A stretch of 64,000 bases of DNA from Camelus dromedarius (Eukaryota): the NCBI RefSeq assembly GCF_036321535.1, contig NC_087437.1, positions 40,674,001-40,738,000 on the forward strand. The letters are read 5' to 3'. The notes beneath the pieces are model-generated. The model saw nothing but the letters and a program-made list of their open reading frames with translations, did not search any database and was not told the DNA's origin. Both the position numbers and the translations under genes were made by a program. Below, in pieces: positions 40,090-52,262 of the stretch (its first letter is position 1; each line of letters opens with the position of its first letter).

Positions 40090-40562
40090 CCGTGACAGCT
40101 AGTTTTCCTTTTCTTTCCCACTGACAGAACCCCTGTGATACTTGGGTTGGCAGTATACGCAGTCAGAAGACAACATTTCTCCGTCTCACTTGCTGTGTGA
40201 GTGTGCAGGTCTTCGGCAATGTAGTGGAAGTCATAGGAAATGACTTCTGAGGAAGCTTCTTTAAAAAGGGACAGAAATGTGGGAGATGACCTGCCTCAAC
40301 TTCCTTCTCTCCTTCCTCCTTCTGGAACTTAGACAGATTGACTGGAGCTTCAGTAGCCGTTGTGGCTCTTGAAGTCACCTTGAAGATGGAAGCCAAGTAT
40401 CGGATGGTAGAGCAGAAGGATCAAGGGGCCTGAGTGCCTGTGACTGCAGAGCCACAGTAGCACCTCCCTCTAGGCTTCTTTTTATACAAGAAAGAAGTGA
40501 AATGACTTCTCATTTTTAGCTTTCTGCTGTATCAATTGAACCTAATCCTAACCTGCTAATAC
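40090..40562 (+). mobile_element. Old MLT1 (J/K-like) MaLR LTR
   Basis: GATGGAAGCC...GATGGTAGAGCAGAAGG...GCCTGAGTGCCTG and terminal CCTAATCCTAAC..AATAC motifs. Confidence 0.65.
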
Positions 40563-40821
40563 TGGAGCAGGAAAGCAAAGTGAGTAAGCAGTGGGCTCTG
40601 GGGAGACTGCTTTCACTCTCTTCCTTGTTCTGGCACCTCTTAAGCAAGAGCCTTCAGCAAATTACCAAACTTTTCAGAAGCCTCCTTTTTCTCATCTGTA
40701 ATATGAGGATAATAACACCACTTACCACATAAGGTTGTTGTGAAGACTGAGTAAGATAATGTGTAAAGCACTTAGAACTCTTTTGGTACACAGTAAGTGC
40801 TCAATAAATGGGAGCTGCTGC

Positions 40822-40824
40822 TAC

Positions 40825-40862
<38 letters not shown>
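40822..40862. repeat. (TAT)n microsatellite at a MIR tail
   Basis: About 13 TAT units read directly. Confidence 0.95.
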
Positions 40863-40863
<1 letters not shown>

Positions 40864-41885
40864 TGTTATTGCTGTAATTACTCATCTGGTTTAGTGTTCA
40901 TCTCCAATAAATGATGGGTCCTTTAGGGTAGAGACAACTTCTTATTTATTTTTGGTGCTGCCCCAGGACTGGCATGTGGTGGATACTCAATACAGCTTTC
41001 CTGAACCATATCTTATTAGATTTTTGCTAGTATTTCTTATGAGCAGATGGTAACGATCATTGGTATTGTGCACCAGACAGGGGATTGATGCTGTGCATGC
41101 ATAGTGCCATTTAATCCTTACCAAAACCAACTGAGACATGGGTTAGAAGGGATATTGTAGAAACTGCACGAGCTTAGGAGTCATTCAGACCTATACTCTG
41201 TTTGAGGTTCAATTTTATTACTATTAAAAGAACTAGAAATAAACTTTATTTCCCCACTCATGTTCATAGGAATCTCTTGGGGCAGGTTGCTTTAAGTGGC
41301 CAGATTTCCCTGGCACAGAAGCTTTCCTTTGTGTTTCATCCCAAGCCAGCTGAACTAGAAAACCTCTGTAAACCATCCTGCCTCCATCCCTCATCTCTCA
41401 ACAGAGCTGTAGGTGGAAGGAAGAAAAATGATTTCCCCTATCTGGTTTATACAATCTGATATATACAAAAGGGTTTTTAAGGTTTGGCATGGGCATAGGG
41501 TCTGGTTGTGGGCTGCTGAGCTATTGAAGAGTAGATAAGACTATTTAGACGAAGGGTAAAGGCTACAGCACAAGCTGCTTCCTCTGATAAGTTTCCCTCC
41601 ACCTGTGATAGGGCTGTGGGCAGTTATGGTGCTGGGGCAGGAATGGTAGGAGGAGCCTGGGAAGTTACTTGTCAAATTGTAGAGAAAGATGCTCTCTCTC
41701 TTAGTCAGATTTGTTTCATGTTATAAGCGGGTTTGCCTGGTGTCGGGGATGATGACACTAGGACGAAAATTTGAAAAATTTAAAAAATCCTTATCATCTG
41801 CTGGCCAAATAGTCTCCATCTTCACATATGTTTCCTCTTTTTGTAGTTCATGGGTATAGCAGAGGTAGGTCCTGTTTCCTATAAT

Positions 41886-43082
41886 AGAGTAATTCTTAAC
41901 CTTGGCCTCATGTCAGAATTCCCTGGGAAACTTAAAAAAATACCAATCCCTCGGTTCTACCCTAGTCCAGTTGAATTAGAATCTCTGGGAGTGAAGCCTG
42001 AGCACTTAAAAAAATAAACAGAAATTAAAATAAAGTTTTAAAATGTGTCACAAACTGAGAGAAAATGTTTGCAAAAACATACACCTAATAAAGGACTTGT
42101 ATCTAAAATATATAAAGAACTCTTCAAAGTTAAGGAAATGAAGAACCCAATTAAATAACGGGCGAAAGATCTGAACAAACACTTCACCAGAGAATATATA
42201 GTCATGGCAAATAAAGATATAAAAAATGTTCAAAATATTAGTAATTAGGTAAATGCAAATTAAAACCACATTGACATATCACTACACACCTTTTAAAATG
42301 ACAAACAAACACGACAGACCACAAAAAACACCTGACAATTCTCAGTGCTGGCAAGGAACAGAACAACTGGAACTCTCACATGTAGCTGGTAAGAGAGAAA
42401 AATAATATAGCCAAAAAAGTTTGGCAGTTTATTATAAAGTTAAACATACACTTACCACACAACCAGCAATTCCACTCCTAGGTATTTACACAAGAGAAAC
42501 GACAACTTGTGTTCACACAAAAACCTGTACACAAATATTTATAATGGTTTTATTCGTAATGGCCCCAGACTGAAAACAACCCAGTTGTTATTCAATTAGT
42601 AAATGAATAAACAAACTGTGGAATAGCCATACAATGGGATCCTACTCAGAAATAAAATGTCATGACTCGTTGATACACACAACATGAATGAATCTTACAT
42701 GTATCATACTAAGTGAAAGAAACGAAACTCAAAAGGTTTCATACTGAATGGTTCCATTTATATGATGTTATGGAAAAGGCAAAGTATAGAGACAGAAAAC
42801 AGATCAGTGGTTGCCAGGGGTTGGCGGTGGCAGGAGGGGAAAATCACAAAGAGATAACATAAACGAATTATTTGGGGGTGAAAGGCTCTTCTGTATTTTG
42901 ATTATGGTAGAGGTTACACAACTGTATGTATTGGTCAAAACTCATAGAATTGTCTATTTAAAAGGGTCAGTTTTACTGTATGTAATTGCAACTCAATAAA
43001 GCTGAGCCCCTCCCCCCAATCCATTATTCAGAAACAAGTTCTCCAAGTTATTTAAATTCGTAGTCAGGGTTGGAAGATATTG
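41886..43082. mobile_element. MER5-type hAT MITE split by the ancient L1 (halves ~41886-42005 and ~43033-43082)
   Basis: Left half TTCTTAACCTTGGC...AGAATTCCCTGGG...GAATTAGAATCTCTGGG; right half CAAGTTCTCCAAGTTATT...CAGGGTTGGAAGATATTG. Confidence 0.6.
42045..43000 (+). mobile_element. Ancient L1 (L1MB/L1MC-type) 3' fragment
   Basis: Degenerate ORF2-end motifs (AAATGCAAATTAAAACCAC, CCAGCAATTCCACTCCTAGGTATTT, TTCCATTTATATGA); ends with AATAAA at 42995-43000. Confidence 0.85.
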
Positions 43083-43096
43083 CTGGCATAAAGAAT

Positions 43097-43432
43097 TTGA
43101 ATCTAGGTTCTGTTATTTAAACTTCAGTTTCCTCATATGTAAAACTGGAGGTAATAAAACCTACCTTGAAGAGATATTATGAGTTTTAAATGTGATTATT
43201 AGTCAAGCTCCTAATACAAGACTTGGCACAAAATAATAATAACCACTTATTAGGTGCTTCGTGCCAGGTGTTGTACAGGCATTTTACAGACGTCTCAGTT
43301 AGTCTTTACAACAGCTCTATGAAGTAGGTATTATTGTCACCGTTTTCAAGGTGGAGAAACTGAGGCTCAGAGAAGTTATGCAACTTGCTCAGGGCCTCAC
43401 AGCTGGTCAGTGGCTGAGCCAGGTTCCAAGCC
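43097..43432. mobile_element. Two MIRs in tail-to-tail inverted orientation
   Basis: Plus core CTTCAGTTTCCTCATATGTAAAA (~43123) and minus core GGAGAAACTGAGGCTCAGAGAAGTTA (~43354). Confidence 0.7.
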
Positions 43433-44015
43433 TGAACTTACTGTTACTGATCACTGCTGAAATCTTAACTTCAAAAACCCTATTCTTTGTCTTCATTTCT
43501 ATCCTTCTATTTCATGTTCTTCGTATTTTCATTTCCAGGCTACAGCGTTCTCAGGGTTGAGCCAGAAAGAGGAAAGGACCATGTATTAAAAAGTCTGAGG
43601 ATAAAGGGAGCCTTGATTATTGTGATACAGAGAAGCAGTGGGAAGTTAGGTCAAGGAGAGGTGATACAGAGATGATGGTGTGGGGTAGAAAGAAGACATT
43701 GGAGGGGGACTTTCCTTGGGTTAGTGACAAAGATCATAGAGTGAGGAGTCTGGCTGAAGAAACCTGATCTAAAAATGCTGCTGACTTTGGTACAGTTATT
43801 TTGGTCCCGAGCCTGGCTCGGGGCTCTAGGAGGATTCTGGCCAGCCTCAGCTGGGAGATGAGCCAGTTACAAAGCATAGGGAAGTGTTATGGATGAGGCC
43901 ATCTGCAGAGAGGGGTGTCCCTAACTGAGGGAAAAGCAGGGTTTTCTTTTGGTTTCTGTGCAGTAGTGAAGGCACCAAATACTGGGCAGTATCAGGGCTG
44001 TGGGTGGAGCTAGGT

Positions 44016-44140
44016 CAGTGGTGTGCTGGTAAATGTTTAACCACTCACTCTCTGAAAACAAACAACAAACAAACTCTGACTTGTAGCATTTGCTAATTTC
44101 TGTGGAGTAAATACTCCCACCACAGCCCCAGTCTAGGTTT
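44016..44140. mobile_element. MER63-like hAT fragment
   Basis: CAGTGGTGTGCTGGTAAATGTTTAAC...GTAGCATTTGCTAATTTCTGTGG..TAAATACTCCCACC. Confidence 0.6.
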
Positions 44141-45800
44141 ATAGCGCCCACGAGCACAGTGTCAGGAGTCAGGCTCCCAGAATGTGACTGGGCCTTTTTC
44201 TGGTTTCTAAACGTAATGTAGTGCAATGAAAGATAAGATGTGCGAGATTCACCGGTGGGGCATCGTCGTCTGGGGGACTGGATCGTAATAGGATGGGGCA
44301 TAGAGGAGACTGTGCAGTCTGCATTGACTGGACAGGACTCCTAGCCATCTGCCCTTACCCTCTGTAGGACCCATGGTTATATGCCTGCCTTTTCTCCTAA
44401 CATTGGTATTTTGTTCTGTATGCTAACATCTTTAGATTTATAAATTTCTGGTGAATAAGAATCTGGCAACTTCACCCAAATAATTTCTTTGCCAAATAAG
44501 TTTGAAAATGATTGCAATCAGGCTAATAGAATTTCAAGCATCCACAGAATTTATTCATGTGAATAACTTATTTTCATCTATAAGGAAAAAAAATCCTCTG
44601 TTCTGCAGGAACCTCAATTATTAGGATATTCATGCATATTAGAGAATGAATTCAGGAAAAGATGATGGTAAAACTAACAAGGATATGAGCCATGACAGGA
44701 GATAAATAAAATCAGTCTGAAAATACCGTCCTCATCAAATTAGAAGAATGTCAAATATAAACCATGCACTTTCTGGTTACATGACCCTGGTTTGTGTATC
44801 CCACATGGATGAAGACTATTTAGTCTGAATGTACAATATAATGCAGAACTTTTCTTGGGATGATACGCATTAGTACACAGAACTCCTGATGTAAATTAGC
44901 ATTCCTAGACACATTTGAAGAGGCCACGACATTCACTGCCAGTACATGAATTGACCCATGTGATCTGCCACCCAAAACTCAGCAAAGCCTCATGCTTTTG
45001 CAATATAACCATCAAAAAGCAGGAAGTTTTCCATTTCTTTCTTTTTCAAGTCATCCATTGACCCATCCCTGGTATTCTGGGAAGATACTATGGATCGCAG
45101 CTCAAGAGAAGAGGAGGAAAAGGAAATAGGAGAGCTGTTTCAGAAACTATCAACATGCAAGTCCCGGTCCCTCATTAAAAAAAAAAAAACAACAACAAAA
45201 ACCCTGAGTTTATGATTCTTTCTCAAGGAGAGAGAAGGCACTAGCTGAGCTACCTCTGCAGAATATCATTCTGTCGAAGTGCTTCTGGCAGATGGTGCTT
45301 TGTGATTCTCACAATGGCTTTATGTTTCCTAGCTTTGTTTCCTCCTGCTTGGAGATCACAATGCCAGTTTGAGGCTCATCAAATCCCAATCATATCAGAT
45401 TTACTGACTTGTCATTTTGTGACTATGCCTATCCATTCTATATTATTTATATCCTGGCTATATCCACCATCTACAAAGGGATTGACCTACCTTCCCATGA
45501 AAGGGAGAGTTAGAATAAAAACAGAGCCATTAGAACAGGACAGGGCATGAGAAGTTGGACCATGGCTAGGCACCAGAATAATTATTTGGATCAAAAAAAC
45601 CAAAAAAAAAAAGGAAGCTACTACAACTGAGCCAAAACCTAGCACTGAGTTCCCTGGAGTCAAGGCAAAAAGGGAGCATGATAACCATTTCTCTGCCACT
45701 TCATGCATCTCACCACTAAATACTCTAGAAGAGTGGGATGAACAGTAACAGGCTGGCAAGCACGCTTTCCACAGGCCTTCCCCTGCACCGAGACCCTTAC

Positions 45801-46104
45801 CTGATAATATGGATGCAACGGCTGCGATGATGAAGGACACAATGACGCCAGGTCCTGCCATTTCCTTGGCCACCAGGCCGGACACCACGTACATCCCAGT
45901 GCCCACACAGCTACCAACGCCAAGAGAGATGAGGTCCACGGTGGTGAGCACCTGGGCTAGCTTGGTGCCATGCGCTGTGGTGGCCCCAGTCCCCTCCAGC
46001 ATGGATTCCACCGGTTTGGTGCGCAGGATCCTGGAGTGCATGGCATACCAGGCGGCCCCCCACTGCACTCTCCGGGGGTCCAGCGACGCGAGGAAGCCAC
46101 TCAT
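45801..46104 (-). CDS. SLC7A14: SLC7A14 first coding exon, coding part (304 nt; [35 protein letters not shown]...[11 protein letters not shown])
   Basis: ATG at 46104-46102 in context AGGATGA; CAT-family TM1 motif [12 protein letters not shown]; donor CAG|GTAAGG at 45801/45800; N-terminus recognised as SLC7A14. Confidence 0.97.
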
Positions 46105-46160
46105 CCTGAGCGATGTGGGTTGTGGTGAAGGTCAACTGATGGAAGAGGGCAATGGGAGCC

Positions 46161-46184
46161 TTAGTGGATGCTTCTGGAACTCAT
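46161..46184 (-). other. Upstream ORF 2 in SLC7A14 5'UTR (MSSRSIH*)
   Basis: ATG at 46184-46182, TAA at 46163-46161, read directly; translation not demonstrated. Confidence 0.55.
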
Positions 46185-46206
46185 CTAGTGAGCAGAGATC
46201 TCCCTT

Positions 46207-46251
46207 TTAGGAAAGGTCCAGAGGAACTGAAAGTAGTCTTCTCCTGGGCAT
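46207..46251 (-). other. Upstream ORF 1 in SLC7A14 5'UTR (MPRRRLLSVPLDLS*)
   Basis: ATG at 46251-46249, TAA at 46209-46207, read directly; translation not demonstrated. Confidence 0.55.
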
Positions 46252-47872
46252 GAATGTCTGCAGGAAAGAGGAAGATGAGACCAGGTGATTTGGAGGCCTG
46301 GGTGGATGTCAGCATACTGACCTGGTAGAGCAGCTCTGTCCTGTGTACTCATAATGTGGGAGGCTTGCATTTTTACCCCTTTGTGTCCCCTCCAGTCCTA
46401 AATGACAGTCCAGAGTTTGCACTGTGTCGTATAGTCATTCTGAAGAGGGTGGTCTGAGTCAGGGCTCTGCCACCTGCAGCTTTGGGACCTTGGGTAAGTT
46501 ACTGCACGTTTCTTTGCTTCAGTTTCAACTGTGTAAGGGGGATAATAAAGCCTCCTCCTGCCTTGTGTTCGTGTGAAGGTTAAATTAGTGTATATTTAAA
46601 AAGAGCTTAAGACAGTGCCTGGCATGAGGAAAATGCTCTCTGTCAAAGTCTAGGTGCTTCTTACCTGACTTCACCAAGACTTGGTCTGTGATCCTTGAGC
46701 ATGTTCTTTGGCGACACAAGTTCTCATTTTTTACATAAGGATGTAAAATTAAATCTGTGACTCTCAAGAGGAGCAATGCCACCCCATGAAATTGTCTTAG
46801 AACTTTGCTGTCAAATGAAATGAAAAATGTTTTGAGAAATTTTTGCTCTTTTGAAAGATTGGGGTGGAGGGAGTGTTTGTGGCATTTGGTGGTTGGGCCC
46901 CTGAGATGCTCAATGTGTGGGGTGGGGTCATACTATTTTCAAATATCTCACCAGACATTCTTGTAGATGAAAATTCTGCTTATGATGTTCTGAACTTAAA
47001 ATCTAACTCAGTTCTACATGGGATTATTTTGAATGGTTTTAATATACAAGCACCTTAACTTTTCTAGGAAGGCAATCATAGAATAAATTGAAGAAAGATT
47101 GTAAATTCTTTAGTTTGGAGCTTAAGAGGAGTTCATCACCAATTTAGGAAACCAAAGCTCCCTCTCATGCAACCGCTGGGGCTGCATCTCTGATTTCAGC
47201 TCCCCTGTAACAGCCTGCTACTTGAAACTGGCACATTTACAGTGATTTGTCATACAGTGCAAGCATCTTCTGACTTCATTTGTACTTTTCTGAGTGTTTA
47301 CGTACTGAAATATGTTATATACAGGTAGGTTGCCCATGAATTTTGCTTTAGGATATTAAAGAGGGGTGTGACAAAACATTTATTACAAAAAGGGTGTTAG
47401 GTCTGATGGACTTGAGAATTATTATATTAGATGATTTCTAAAGTTTTGTCAAGTTAGAAAACACCAAGGTTATATGAAGTTTCTTTCTTTGTAAAATTCT
47501 ATAAACAATTTTTGAAGGACAACTGGAACATTGATTCCAAGTTCTGTGCTGATAACCGTACGGCATTTACACTTACAGGTACCAGCCAATGTAATCTACC
47601 AATATTATTAATAAATACTACTTAGCACTTAATGTAACACTTGTCTGCATCTAAAGGCTTTGCAAACGGCCTAATTAGAAGAATCAGGTAAAATGTGGCA
47701 GTTTAGTTCACAGGGGTTGAGTGATGGACCTACTGGCTTAATTTCCTCCTAGATTTGACAGCATTGTTTCATACCATGCTTTAATTTTTTGACAACATCT
47801 TAAATATCAGTACAGTTGGATAATGCCACGGTATATGCCAGAGTCATTCAAAAGCCTAGAGTGTCAGCATTC

Positions 47873-47904
<32 letters not shown>

Positions 47905-48340
47905 AGATTTGTGAGAAGATGTATCACATCTATACCAGGAAGGCTGCAAGAACAGTTGCTTCACCCAAGCTCTGGAGCTCTTATGGGGAAATCAAGGTAT
48001 ATATCTGTTTAATTTCAACTCAGCCAGCATATCCTGAGAATCTGTTATGTGACAGGCATGGTGTTAGGCTCAGGGATGCAAAGACGTAGTTCCCGCTGTC
48101 TTGGAGCTTCCAGTCCAGAACAGGAGATGATGGACTCCCAAATCACAGTGCAAGGGAGAAGCTTTGCTTTTGTTTTTTCCTGAAAAGCTTTTTATTATTT
48201 TTCTTATTACAAAAGCATAGCATGGCTATTGCAAAAAAATCAGACAGTATAAGCAATGACATGCAGTGAGGAGAGACAACACAATTCGACACAGGGGTAG
48301 AAAAAGAAAATCAGATCATTGTAGAGAGGGATAAGGGATA

Positions 48341-48780
48341 TGTTACACGTTCAGTTGTGTCCCCTCCAAACTTATATGTTGAAGCCCTAACCCTCCCTAC
48401 CTCAGAATGTGACCTTATTTGGAAATAGAGTCATGGAGGATGTAATTAGTTAACATGAAGTCATGCTGGAGTGGGATGGGGCCCTAATCCAATATGCCTG
48501 GTGGGTGTCCTTATAAAAAGAGAAAATTTGGACAGGGAGAATGAGACGTGAAGATGAAGGCAGAGATCAGGGTGAAGCATCTCAAAGCCAGGGAGCACCA
48601 GGGGTGGCCAGCAGACCTGCAGAAGCTGGGAGGGAGCGCTGGGACAGAGCTGTCCGCACAACCTGCCAACACCTTGATCTCAGACTTCCAGCCTCCAACT
48701 GTGAGACAATAAGTTTCTGCTATTTAAGACAGAATGCTTTGTTATAGCAAAGTATAGTATGGCCCTAGTACATGAATACA
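48341..48780 (+). mobile_element. MLT1 (MLT1C-like) MaLR solo LTR
   Basis: TG...CA termini; GAATGTGACCTTATTTGGAAATAG and GACTTCCAGCCTCCA..ACTGTGAGACAATAA motifs; 5-bp TSD GGATA/GGCTA. Confidence 0.88.
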
Positions 48781-49383
48781 GGCTATGAAGGAAACCAGAC
48801 AGGGTGAGGAAGGGGCAAGAGGGTCTCTGCGGTCATGGCATTGGCTCCTGAGTGGTGGCAAGGAGCCAGTCATGCCACGTGTCAAGGGAGAGTGTCCTGC
48901 AGAGCTGGGCCAGAGGGGAGATGGGTGCCTGCTCTGGGAACTGAGTGAGACTGGGATGGGTGACGAGGAGGATTTGAGTGCCATGTTAGAGCTTTAAGTT
49001 TGTCAACCAGTTGAATCCTTATAACCAATCTGCACTTACAGACGAGGCACAGGAGGCTGGGAGAGGTCTGGTAGCCCCTCGGAAGTCACAGAGCCCACAA
49101 GGGCAGAGCTTGGCCCCACTTCCCCACTTGCCGAGCTCGTGTGCTTACTCTCCTGCTTAAGGTGCGTCTGAGGCTCTCACAAGCCAAGACGAGTGTTGAT
49201 TCTAAGTGCTGTGAGAAGCCATGGGAGGGTTTTTTTTCGGGGGAGCGTCACAATATGATTTACATTTTTAAAAGCGCACTGTAGCTGCTGTGCTGTTAAC
49301 TGAAGAATCATGCTGGGTGATAAAGCAGCCCCAGGATTGATGTACAAAGGGGAGTGACGTGTGGGCCTGCTGCTGAGTGAGGC

Positions 49384-49558
49384 AGCGGTGTCTCCAACTT
49401 GGCTGCACAGCGGAATTACCTGGGGATCTTTCGGGAACACTGGTGCCTGGCCCCAACCCCAGAAATCCCAGTTTAATTGGTCTGAGGTGCTGCTTAGATA
49501 CGTGATTCCTTACAGCTCCCCAGGTGATTCTAGCACGGCAGGTCTGGGGTCCACTGCC
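49384..49558. mobile_element. MER5-type hAT MITE
   Basis: CAGCGGTGTCTCCAACTTGGCTGCAC..GAATTACCTGGGG...AGCTCCCCAGGTGATTCT. Confidence 0.75.
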
Positions 49559-49596
49559 CTGGGAATAATTGCTGGTGTGGAAAAGCAGATACTGCC

Positions 49597-50111
49597 TGTG
49601 ATGGTTAATTTTATGTGTCAACCTGACTGGGCTAAGGGATGCCCAGATGGCTGGTAAAACATGATTTCTGGGTGTGTCTGTGAGGGTGTCTCTGGAAGAG
49701 ATTACCTTTGAATTGGTGGACTGAGTGGAGAGGATCCCTCGTCAGTGTGGGTGGGCACCACTGGATCCGCTGAAGACCGGAATGGAACAGAGAGGCAGAA
49801 GAAGAGCAAACTCACTGATTCCGCTGGAGCTGAGACGTCCATCTGCTCCTCTCCTTGGGCACTGGTGCTCCTGGTTCTTGAGCTCTTGAACTCAGACCAG
49901 GACTCACCCCGTCGGCCCCTCCCGATGCCCAGGCCTTCCGATTCAGCCCGAATTCCATCACCAGCTTTCCTGGTTCTCCAGCTGGCAGACAGCTGATCGT
50001 GGGACTTCTCAGCCTCCATGACCTGTGAGCCAGTTCCTATAAGAAATCTCCTCATATGTATCTTTGTAAATCCTGTTGGTTCTTTTTCTCTGGGGAACCC
50101 TGACTGATCCA
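49597..50111 (+). mobile_element. MLT2 (ERV-L) solo LTR
   Basis: Starts TGTGATGGTTAATTTTATGTGTCAACCTGACTGGGC, ends CTCTGGGGAACCCTGACTGATCCA; TSD CTGCC/TTGCC. Confidence 0.9.
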
Positions 50112-51649
50112 TTGCCATTTTCCACATGGAGCCACACGTTAGACAGGTACTTCTGTTTTCTCTTCCTGGGCGGTGACTGGGCCTTTTGGCCACTGTCTTC
50201 TGCGGGTGGCAACTGTGGATGCTGTGCTTTCTGGAGACACCCTTTGGGATATTTGTCCTGATCAGCCTTTCATCAGAAACTGTCACAAGGACACTGAGGA
50301 AAGTATCAGGTTGGTTAAGGAGGTGGTGACTTCTATTTGATAGATAATTAGAAATTGTGGTGAAAACAGAGAATCAACCAAAACCAAGGTTGAAGGCAGT
50401 GAGAATTCTTTCCTGGCTCTATTCCCTCCATGTAATTCCTCTGAGTAGCTTGCTTTATTGATGCAAACAGGGGCTTGGGGCATTTCCTTTCTCGGTTGGA
50501 AATTTACTGGAGAGAACAAAATGTACAAAAGAAAACATGCTTCTAAGTGACTGTTGACAATATCCATATTCATTACTCCCAGATTATGTTAATCAAGGAG
50601 AGTTTTGGAAGCTCATTGCTGTTGTCTTTCCAAGATGAGCAATAAATGTGTGTTGTGCTTTCTCTAGCACTTTAATTCAAGTTTCTCAAAATACTTCACA
50701 GCTATAACTAAGGAAGGCTGCAGGGCCTCTGGGAGACGGGAGTCATTGCGGTGTTTGCTGGCGTGCTTGAGCGTTCAGCGGGCTCCAAGAATAATAACGA
50801 TAAAAGCAGGTTTGTGTGAGGATGAAAATAATTACAGCTCAGAAGTTCACCAGCTAGGTGGCATTATCGAATTAGGTTGGAGCCTGCCTTTGGAGGTGAG
50901 GAGAGGAAGGAAACGAAGGCTAACCAAACAATAAACAGCCTGAAGCCATTACTGCCTGCTTCTGCGAATACACTAAGGGATTACAAAAATCCCTTCATGA
51001 CATTCTCCACGAGCAGAGGCCCAGCCCTTGCTGGAACATCTGGAGCAGCGGGGAACACTGGCTGGTGGCAGCATACCTTCCTGTGGTTGGACAGTTGGGA
51101 TTGTGACAAAATTCTTCCAATCAGCGTCCCAGGCAAAAGGAGGTTACAGTTAGAGTAAAAGGTGCCGGTTTGATGAGCCCCTCCTGGTGACTTCAGGATC
51201 TGAAAGAGGCTTCTGAGGCCCCTCCCCTCTGCTGTATCCTGGGTCGTGCACTCGCTGCTCCTCCTCCTCTGGGCTGAGCTCCTGGCTCTTGGTTAATCCA
51301 GGGAACCTCCTTCTGACCTTCATGCCTGTGGCTCACTTGGCTCATGCAGCCAGAGTCTTTGATGACAGATTCTCTGCTGAGATCCTGGCTTCTGTAGCTC
51401 TTCTATTCTGTCCAAGCTTGCAAATTATGGCTGTATATTTGTGCCCCGACCGTGGGTGTGCTTGCCTGTCAGTCACTAGGATTTCACACAGGGTGGCCAG
51501 AGGCAGTTCAGATGTATGTGAATCCCAGGGCCTGCCCTGTCTGAACAGAACACCCTAGTAAATTGAATTGAGATGTGCATCCTGGTAAATGTATCCTGTT
51601 GTCCCCAGTTTTGCTCTCTGTAGCTGTACAGATTAGAGCGAATCTGTTT

Positions 51650-51850
51650 ACAGGAAAGTCTTCAAGTTTTGAAGGCAACTAACATATCTCTTGGAGTCTT
51701 ATCTTCCCCAGACTAAACATCTTTAGTTTCTTCAGTGATCAGCAGTGTCTCACATGGTACAGCTTCTAGATCAATCACATTCTGATTTGTACTTCTCGGG
51801 CAGGCTGCAGTTTATCATGGTTTATGTTTTTGGATAACAGAGTGGTGCGG
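51650..51850 (-). mobile_element. L3/CR1 LINE remnant; a similar remnant lies on the + strand at ~17185-17320
   Basis: GTCTTATCTTCCCCAGACTAAACATC..AGTTTCTTCA typical of the CR1/L3 3' region. Confidence 0.5.
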
Positions 51851-52262
51851 GAGATGTTTTTGATCGGTCTTGGCTGTGTGTGTGTGTGTGTGTGTCTGTA
51901 TCCATGTACCTCCTAAATCATACAATGCTGGTGCCTGACCAGTTCACCCAGATATACAATTGGCTTTAAAACCAGACTTTCTGATTTTCAGATTGCCATT
52001 CTTCCCAATTATGTCTATGCTAAGTGTTTGATTGATCAAACCCACTTCAAGTTATTTCTTGATCACCTGCCACATAACTTACCAACGCACTGGCCCATTT
52101 ACATTGTGGGATCTCAGACACAGCTGGCTTTGTTTTGCTTGGTCTGTTTTTAAAGGAGTGTTTGAATCTATGACAACTGAATAGCTATGCAAAAGGAGTT
52201 GTATCATTTCAGCTTCCTTTTTGAAGCTTGCTGTCTTTTTCTGTTTCTAAAATGTTATTGAG

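Larger units (their letters stand above)
46105..46257 (-). other. SLC7A14: 5'UTR part of the start-codon exon of SLC7A14 (153 nt)
   Basis: Minus-strand polypyrimidine tract and acceptor TCTCATCTTCCTCTTTCCTGCAG| with AG at 46259-46258; implies an upstream non-coding exon outside the window. Confidence 0.8.

Noticed and set aside
43706..43715. Isolated GGGACTTTCC kB site
   Set aside because: A single 10-mer without supporting context is plausible by chance in 64 kb.
45487..45800. C-terminal half of the 205-aa ORF
   Set aside because: Intronic read-through past the CAG|GTAAGG donor; similarity to the transporter stops there.
49702..50286. 194-aa minus-strand ORF
   Set aside because: Lies largely within the MLT2 LTR; non-ATG start; no protein family features.
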